A DNA stretch of 64,000 bases from Verrucomicrobiales bacterium (GTDB lineage: Bacteria; Verrucomicrobiota; Verrucomicrobiia; Verrucomicrobiales; V1-33): the NCBI GenBank assembly GCA_031411295.1, contig JANOAV010000087.1, positions 1 to 64,000 of the forward strand, read 5' to 3'. The notes beneath the pieces were generated by a model. That model saw nothing but the letters and a program-made list of their open reading frames with translations, made no database searches and had not been told where the DNA came from. Below, piece by piece: positions 58,058 to 64,000 of the stretch (position 1 is its first letter; each line of letters begins with the position of its first letter). A program made the position numbers and the translations under genes.

Positions 58058-60781
58058 ATGTTCTCATTTCGGAATCCTGAGTGGCTGGCGTTGGTGCCAT
58101 TGCTGGCGCTAGCTGGCTGGTATGTGCGGCGTTGGCGCCTGCAGGCACCGCTGCGGGCAGGGTTTCTGCTGTTGCTGGTGTTGATTCTGATGCGTCCCCA
58201 GCTCCGGTGGCAGAAAGAAGGGATGGACTTGTTCGTGCTGCTGGATCGCTCCGAGAGCACCGAGGGTCGGGTGGATCAGGCGCTGCCGGAGTGGACGAAG
58301 TTGCTGGAGTCTGGGAAAAGAAATCGGGAAGATCGGCTGCGCTTAGTGGACTATGCGCGGGATACTTTGCCGCAGGACGTGGGAGGAACCGTATTTACAG
58401 GCGACCGGAATCTCACCCGCACGGCCCAGGCCTTGCAAACGGTGTTGGCGCTGCGCGAACCATCCCGGCCGACCCGGATTTTGCTCTTCACGGATGGCTA
58501 TGCCACCGAACCCTTGACTGGTTTGGCAGATAAGCTGCTGCGCGAAAATGTGCCGCTGGACCTTCGTTTCCTAACGGAACCTCCTGGTGAAGATTTTCGC
58601 CTCACCAAGTTGGATACGCCGCATCGAGTGCAAACCTCCGAACCGTTCTTGATCGAAATTGCCGTTAGTGGACCGGATCAATCCAGCGCTAAATTTCCCC
58701 TCACCATTCTGCGCAATGGCGAACGCCTAACCGAGACGGAAATCACCTTAAAAAAGGGCTTCGGCACGGTGCGCTTTACCGACCGCATTGCCAAGGCGGG
58801 ATCGCAGCAATATGAAGCGATGATTGCGCCTGCCAACGATGTGCACCCGGGGAATAACCGTCAGGAAACTTGGGTGGAGGTGGTGGGCGGGCCGCGTCTG
58901 CTGTTGGTTACCAGCTATGAAAATGATCCCGTGGCCAAGGTCTTGCGCGCGATGAATTACGAAGTGGAAGTGGTCGATCAGCCGAAGCAACTGCATCCCG
59001 GGCAACTGGCGGGTTGCCGGGGCGTCATCTTCAATAATGTGTCGGCGCACTTGGTGCCAGCGGACTTCCTGGCTTCAATGGATTTCTACGTGCGTGAGCA
59101 GGGTGGGGGATTCTTGATGGCTGGGGGAAAGCGAAGTTTTGGCGCGGGGGGATATTTCCATTCGGCGGTGGATGCGTTGCTGCCAGTGTCCATGGAATTG
59201 AAAACGGACCAGCGGAAGACGTCCGTTAGTATGGCCATTGTCATGGACCGCTCCGGTTCCATGGGGGCACCCGTGGGCGGTGGGATGAAAAAAATGGACC
59301 TGGCCAACGAGGGTGCTGCCAAGGCCATTGAAATGCTGGGTTACACGGATTCAATTACGGTGATGGCGGTGGATAGCGAGGCGCACATTCCCGTGGGCAT
59401 GCAGATGATTAAGGACGAGGAGAACAAGTCCACCCTGATGTCGATCTGTCGGCGCATCACGGTGGGTGGGGGTGGAATTTTCACTTACACCGGGCTGAAG
59501 GCGGGCTGGAAGGCGCTCAAGGAAACGACCTACGGCACGCGCCACTTAATTCTCTTTGCGGATGCGGCGGATGCTGAGGAGCCGGGAGATTATAAAACGT
59601 TGTTGGAGGAAATGACGAAAGAGGGTGCCACGGTTAGTGTCATTGCCTTGGGCAAGAATACCGACAGCGACGCGAAGTTCCTGGAGGACGTAGCGTTGCG
59701 GGGGAAGGGCCGCATTTTCTTCACGGATAACGCCACGGAGTTGCCGAACATTTTCACTCAGGAAACGGTGGCGGTGGCGCGCAGCGCGTTCGTGGAAGAG
59801 ACGATTGCGACCAAGCCTTCCGGCGGTTGGGCGGAAATTGCCGACAAGCGCATGGAGTGGCTCCAGCAGCTGGATGGCTACAATCTAAGCTACAAGAAGG
59901 ACTGGGCCAGCCAGGCGTTGATCACCGCGGATGAATACGCGGCACCGTTGGTGGCCTGGGGCCAGCGGGGCACAGGGCGTTGCGCGGCGGTCTCCTTCCC
60001 CCTGGGCGGACCTGCGAGTGAGAGCGTGCGGCAGTGGCCAGGCTACGGGGATTTCATCCAAACGATGGGCCGCTGGCTGTTGGGTGAGGAAGTGCCAGCG
60101 GGCTTGGGACTGCGTCAGCAATTGCGGGGCACGGAACTGTCGTTGGATTTGCTGTTTGAGCCGCAGTGGGAAACGGTCTTTGCCGCCACGCCACCGCGCA
60201 TCGTGCTGGCGGAAGGGGCGCGTGCGGAAACGCATCGCGAACTCACCTGGCGACGTCTTGCTCCCGGTCATTACTCGGTGGCGGCAGATCTCAGCGAAGG
60301 TCAGTTGGTCCGCGGCGTGATTCAAGCGGGCAAATCAATGCTGCCATTTGGTCCCGTGGCCGTGGGTCGGAATGCGGAATGGGCCTTCGATGCCGCCCGG
60401 TTGGATGAAGTGAAGCAAACGGCCCTGCTCAGCGGGGGCCGGGAGTTGCTGGATTTGAAAGAAGCGTGGAAAAGTCCGCCTGCGCTGGAGCTGTCGGATC
60501 TACGCCACTGGCTGTTATTACTGGCGTTGTTGTTGATGGTGGCGGATGCACTGGTCACTCGCCTGGGTTGGAAACTTCCTGTTTGGAGTCCGCGTCGCGC
60601 GGCTTCGGCACCGGCACCAAAGCTGGCCCCCGCAGTCTTGCCAGCCACGACGCTGGCAAGAAGTCCTAACGCGGTGCCGACACCGACGCCTAAAGTGACT
60701 GCTGCGACGGTTTCGGATCCGAATGTCCAAGCGGAAAGCGAACAACGTCGTGCCCGCTTCGCTAAAGCTAAGGGCAAGTGA
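58058..60781 (+). CDS. VWA domain membrane protein with a GATase1-like domain
   Basis: BatA-like N-terminal TMs, MIDAS motifs DRSES and DRSGS, GGGFLMAGG..SFG.GGY, C-terminal TM. Confidence 0.88.
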   Translation: MFSFRNPEWLALVPLLALAGWYVRRWRLQAPLRAGFLLLLVLILMRPQLRWQKEGMDLFVLLDRSESTEGRVDQALPEWTKLLESGKRNREDRLRLVDYARDTLPQDVGGTVFTGDRNLTRTAQALQTVLALREPSRPTRILLFTDGYATEPLTGLADKLLRENVPLDLRFLTEPPGEDFRLTKLDTPHRVQTSEPFLIEIAVSGPDQSSAKFPLTILRNGERLTETEITLKKGFGTVRFTDRIAKAGSQQYEAMIAPANDVHPGNNRQETWVEVVGGPRLLLVTSYENDPVAKVLRAMNYEVEVVDQPKQLHPGQLAGCRGVIFNNVSAHLVPADFLASMDFYVREQGGGFLMAGGKRSFGAGGYFHSAVDALLPVSMELKTDQRKTSVSMAIVMDRSGSMGAPVGGGMKKMDLANEGAAKAIEMLGYTDSITVMAVDSEAHIPVGMQMIKDEENKSTLMSICRRITVGGGGIFTYTGLKAGWKALKETTYGTRHLILFADAADAEEPGDYKTLLEEMTKEGATVSVIALGKNTDSDAKFLEDVALRGKGRIFFTDNATELPNIFTQETVAVARSAFVEETIATKPSGGWAEIADKRMEWLQQLDGYNLSYKKDWASQALITADEYAAPLVAWGQRGTGRCAAVSFPLGGPASESVRQWPGYGDFIQTMGRWLLGEEVPAGLGLRQQLRGTELSLDLLFEPQWETVFAATPPRIVLAEGARAETHRELTWRRLAPGHYSVAADLSEGQLVRGVIQAGKSMLPFGPVAVGRNAEWAFDAARLDEVKQTALLSGGRELLDLKEAWKSPPALELSDLRHWLLLLALLLMVADALVTRLGWKLPVWSPRRAASAPAPKLAPAVLPATTLARSPNAVPTPTPKVTAATVSDPNVQAESEQRRARFAKAKGK

Positions 60782-60812
60782 TCACGCCTGACGGACGTAG
60801 CGCTGCAGCACC

Positions 60813-63800
60813 TTATTGTTTGATCAGCGTGACATGCCCAACGTAGTTCTTCTTGAGACTCTGATCCTTCATGTCGATGAGGATATCGCAGTGCGCGGAA
60901 ATGGACCGTCCCAATTCTGGGCTGTAAACACCATCAGGGCCTTGGATGAGACCGCTCTCTGGGCACCAGATGAAGCCTTTGTCCCAGGCGGGTTTGATCC
61001 AGTCGTAGCGGCTGAGGGTGGCGGTCGCTCCCACGCGGACGGATCCGTTTGCGGCTAAGAAAATGGGCTGCCCCGCGTCGTCGCAATCCACTCGCTCGCT
61101 GACACTGCCGGTGCTGCTAGTGAAACACATGCGGTAGGGGTGCTGCGGCTTGGGAACTAGTGGGGTCCAGCGCATGGCCTGGCTGCCCGTTTCTCCTTGC
61201 ATGAGTTGCCAGACGCGGAGGCGTCCGCTGGATGTATCGCCCATGCACGCTGCGGGTGGGATGTCTTTCAAGCTGGACTCTGTGGTGTTGATATTGGTGC
61301 CAGTGCCATGGGGATAAATGGGATCGCCATTGATGGGCACGATGCAGATGCCGATACCGCTGGCGCAGGCATAAGTCCGTTGCGGCACATCTGATCCATC
61401 GGTTTCCTGAATGCAGGTAGAGGCGTCGTAGCGGAACCGGACGGTTACAGTGGGCGTTGGCCCTGCTGGTGCAATGGTGCTGGAAATGCGACGATCACAG
61501 GCATCATAACCATAGCTGGCAATGGAGCCTCCGGACGCGCTCTGCACTTCCACCAAGCGGGAGTAGGCATCGTAAATCAGATGGAGCCCGGTGGCACCAC
61601 GGCTGAGATCCGTGAGGCAACCGTTGTCGTCCCAAGTCAGGGGACCGCCGGGCCATTTGCTGTATTGTCCCATCGCTGCTTCGCCACCATCACTGACATA
61701 TGAGCCAGGTCGGGTGCCGCCGCTGGTGCTAACGCGTTGGCCGCGGGCGTCCAGCACGTAGCTGACCTCGCTCTCGATGATCAGTGGCGCTGTGGAGGCA
61801 TCACGGAACCGCGTTAGGCTTCCGGTGACGAGATTCCTAGCATCCAGCGTGAAGTTGTGAACTCGGGCGGGGCCACCGAAATTATTGACCGTCTGCGTCA
61901 CGCATTGATCTGCATTGCGGCGGGTGACAGCGACTTCAATGGTGCCGCCCTGAGCGTTGGAAATGCCAGTGCGCACGCAGGTGCCGAAAGAGAAATCTGG
62001 CACCAGCGGGATGCTGGAACTGCCGCCGATGGCGGCCTCGCCATCGCTGCGGAAATCATACGTGGTGACGACTCCATTGGAGCGTGTTTCCTTCACGCAA
62101 TTGAGGCCGGAATATTCCCGCGCACTGATGGCTGGGACCAGCACTTGGCCAGTGGCGGTCACGCTGGAAACGCTGACCAGTTGCCCTTGAGCATTGCGGG
62201 CTTCGCTGAAACGTTCGCCTGTGGCATAAACGATGCCGGTGCGTCCTCGATGGCTGAACATGCGAGTTACCGTGCTACCGTTTTGCGTTTCGCTAACTTC
62301 ATTTCCGCAGGAATCGAAGGTGCGGGAAATGACGGAGGCGCCTTGCGTTAGTTGCACGCAATCATCCAGGCCACTGTAAACGTAGCTGGTGGCTGGCACG
62401 GGGACCACATCGGTTGGCAGATGATCGCAAGTGGTGCTGATGCAGCGCCCTTTGTAGTTGAAGTCAGCCGCAATGATCGCGCCATTTTTGCGGGTCCGGC
62501 TGACGGGATGGCCTAGTTTATCGAAGGTGCAGGATTCGGTGGTGGTGTCGGGATTCGTGGTGAGCACGCAGCGGCCTTGGGAATCGCAGGCATAGGTGGT
62601 GGTGTATCCGAGGGCATCCGTCTGGCTGGAACAAACACCGCCCAGACAGACGCACCTGGTGGTGGAAAGCACCAGGCCCAGCGGGCTGGTTTGCGTGACG
62701 GTGCAACTGGAGAACTCTCCCGTGGAGGCAGACAGAGTATCGAAATCACAGGTCGTAACGAGCCCGCCAGGCTGGACGCAGCGGGTGGTGCGGCTCAATG
62801 AATCGAAGTCACACGTGGTAGGATTGTTTGCCTGGTCGCGATAGCTAATCAAGCGCCCCAGAGCATCATACTGGTGGATGGTGGTGAATGTTTCCGCCGC
62901 CGTTCCTGCAATGGTCGAAAATGCGGTGACGACACAGACCGTAGGATTGCCGCAGGCATCCAGCGTGCAGACGGTGCTGCAAACGCCGGGTTTCGTGCAA
63001 GTGGTGAGGCGACCGGCAGTGTCATGGGCGAAAGTATTCAGCGTGTCGCTATTGCAAACTTCGCTGAGCAGCAGACCTGCGGGGGAGTAGTGCAGCGTGG
63101 TCGTTTCCAACGCTGGCGGTGTGGTCTGACCAGGGGTGAAACGTTCAACCACGCAGACGGCATCCGTTTCATCGAAATCGAAGAAGGGATTGCCGCCAGC
63201 CATGCGGCCTTTTGGAGCGCCAGTGCCCTGAGTATTGATGGCGTGATCGGTGATATCCGCCACATCCCTAGTCACGATGGGCTGGTTCGTGCGGTTGATC
63301 GCGTTGAGATTCAACTCTGCTTCCGAGCGCTTACCCTTTTTCATGTAATCGAGAAACTTTGGTATCGCCACACCATTCAACTCGAGCGCAAACCTGCCGC
63401 CAGTATAGGTCCGGCTCGATGAACGGGAAAGCAGCACATTTCCCGCCCCACCCGGCACATCAACGACTTCACCATAGACCGAGCAAGTGACGAAGCCTTT
63501 GTTGTCATAAGCACACTCGGTCACATTGCCCATCTCATCCGTGCAACTCTGGAGGCGGCGGAAGCCATCATAAGTGCAGCTAACGGTGGGACTGACGAGC
63601 GGGGCATCGGCTAGGGTGCTGCAGGCTTTCATGATCCCATACATGGTGTAGGAACATTCGGTCGTCACGGCATCAGCAGTGCCCAGGCCTCCCTCAATGG
63701 AGCGGAAGAGCAGGCCGCGTTCGTCGAAACGATAGTCGCACGTCAAATCCACCATTTGGCCGATGCTAGCGGCGGGTTTGCTGACGCGGATGCACTCGCC

Positions 63801-64000
63801 TGCGGCGTTCAGCGTGTAGTTGCAGACGTCGCAACTCTGCAAATCGACCGCAGTTGGCACCAACGTGGCGATGGGGAAATTCACGGGTTTCTGCTCGCAA
63901 GCTTCTGCGACGAGTCGGCCCCGGACGTCATAGATGCAGAAGCCAGTGTAAGCCGGATTAGCGGCCACAAGAGCGCCTGCGGCATCGCGATGCTCCATGT
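60813..64000 (-). CDS. Atypical Cys-rich RHS/YD-repeat protein, 5' end probably outside the window
   Basis: YDVRGRL, YDGFRRL, YDALGRL, YDAYSRL, YGYDACDRR; degenerate core end (ESGL...YSPELGR). Confidence 0.85.
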   Translation of the reverse strand, partial: MEHRDAAGALVAANPAYTGFCIYDVRGRLVAEACEQKPVNFPIATLVPTAVDLQSCDVCNYTLNAAGECIRVSKPAASIGQMVDLTCDYRFDERGLLFRSIEGGLGTADAVTTECSYTMYGIMKACSTLADAPLVSPTVSCTYDGFRRLQSCTDEMGNVTECAYDNKGFVTCSVYGEVVDVPGGAGNVLLSRSSSRTYTGGRFALELNGVAIPKFLDYMKKGKRSEAELNLNAINRTNQPIVTRDVADITDHAINTQGTGAPKGRMAGGNPFFDFDETDAVCVVERFTPGQTTPPALETTTLHYSPAGLLLSEVCNSDTLNTFAHDTAGRLTTCTKPGVCSTVCTLDACGNPTVCVVTAFSTIAGTAAETFTTIHQYDALGRLISYRDQANNPTTCDFDSLSRTTRCVQPGGLVTTCDFDTLSASTGEFSSCTVTQTSPLGLVLSTTRCVCLGGVCSSQTDALGYTTTYACDSQGRCVLTTNPDTTTESCTFDKLGHPVSRTRKNGAIIAADFNYKGRCISTTCDHLPTDVVPVPATSYVYSGLDDCVQLTQGASVISRTFDSCGNEVSETQNGSTVTRMFSHRGRTGIVYATGERFSEARNAQGQLVSVSSVTATGQVLVPAISAREYSGLNCVKETRSNGVVTTYDFRSDGEAAIGGSSSIPLVPDFSFGTCVRTGISNAQGGTIEVAVTRRNADQCVTQTVNNFGGPARVHNFTLDARNLVTGSLTRFRDASTAPLIIESEVSYVLDARGQRVSTSGGTRPGSYVSDGGEAAMGQYSKWPGGPLTWDDNGCLTDLSRGATGLHLIYDAYSRLVEVQSASGGSIASYGYDACDRRISSTIAPAGPTPTVTVRFRYDASTCIQETDGSDVPQRTYACASGIGICIVPINGDPIYPHGTGTNINTTESSLKDIPPAACMGDTSSGRLRVWQLMQGETGSQAMRWTPLVPKPQHPYRMCFTSSTGSVSERVDCDDAGQPIFLAANGSVRVGATATLSRYDWIKPAWDKGFIWCPESGLIQGPDGVYSPELGRSISAHCDILIDMKDQSLKKNYVGHVTLIKQ

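Noticed and set aside
60813..64000. Diversity-generating retroelement as the cause of Tyr-to-Cys changes
   Set aside because: No reverse transcriptase or TR/VR pair is in the window, and Cys also replaces Leu/Val positions, which adenine-specific mutagenesis does not explain.

Overview
A 64-kb GC-rich chromosomal segment, most likely from a Verrucomicrobiota (PVC) bacterium. The evidence is PEP-CTERM proteins, DUF1549/DUF1553 plus DUF1501, TIGR03790, DUF2851 and large secreted proteins with a shared C-terminal module. The first 5.1 kb is the most unusual part. It is an integron-type cassette array on the minus strand with five cassette ORFs and four clear attC sites, but no integrase appears in the window. 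The array has two ~95% identical ~260-bp attI-like sites, and each has received a cassette exactly at G|TT. The inner site adjoins a 42-bp tandem repeat array, a ~210-bp inverted-repeat element and a divergent non-recombinase gene sitting where intI normally lies. The middle of the window holds housekeeping and envelope genes (tonB/exbB/exbD-like, ribF, truB, DHH phosphoesterase, lspA, P-II, Maf, sppA, thiL), two S8 proteases, other secreted proteins and several REP/REPIN-like elements. The window ends in a partial, very Cys-rich RHS/YD-repeat protein with no canonical toxin tip and with short inserts that resemble unrelated proteins. Two candidate structured RNAs were also seen. All calls were made by eye and motif recall; no database searches were run.
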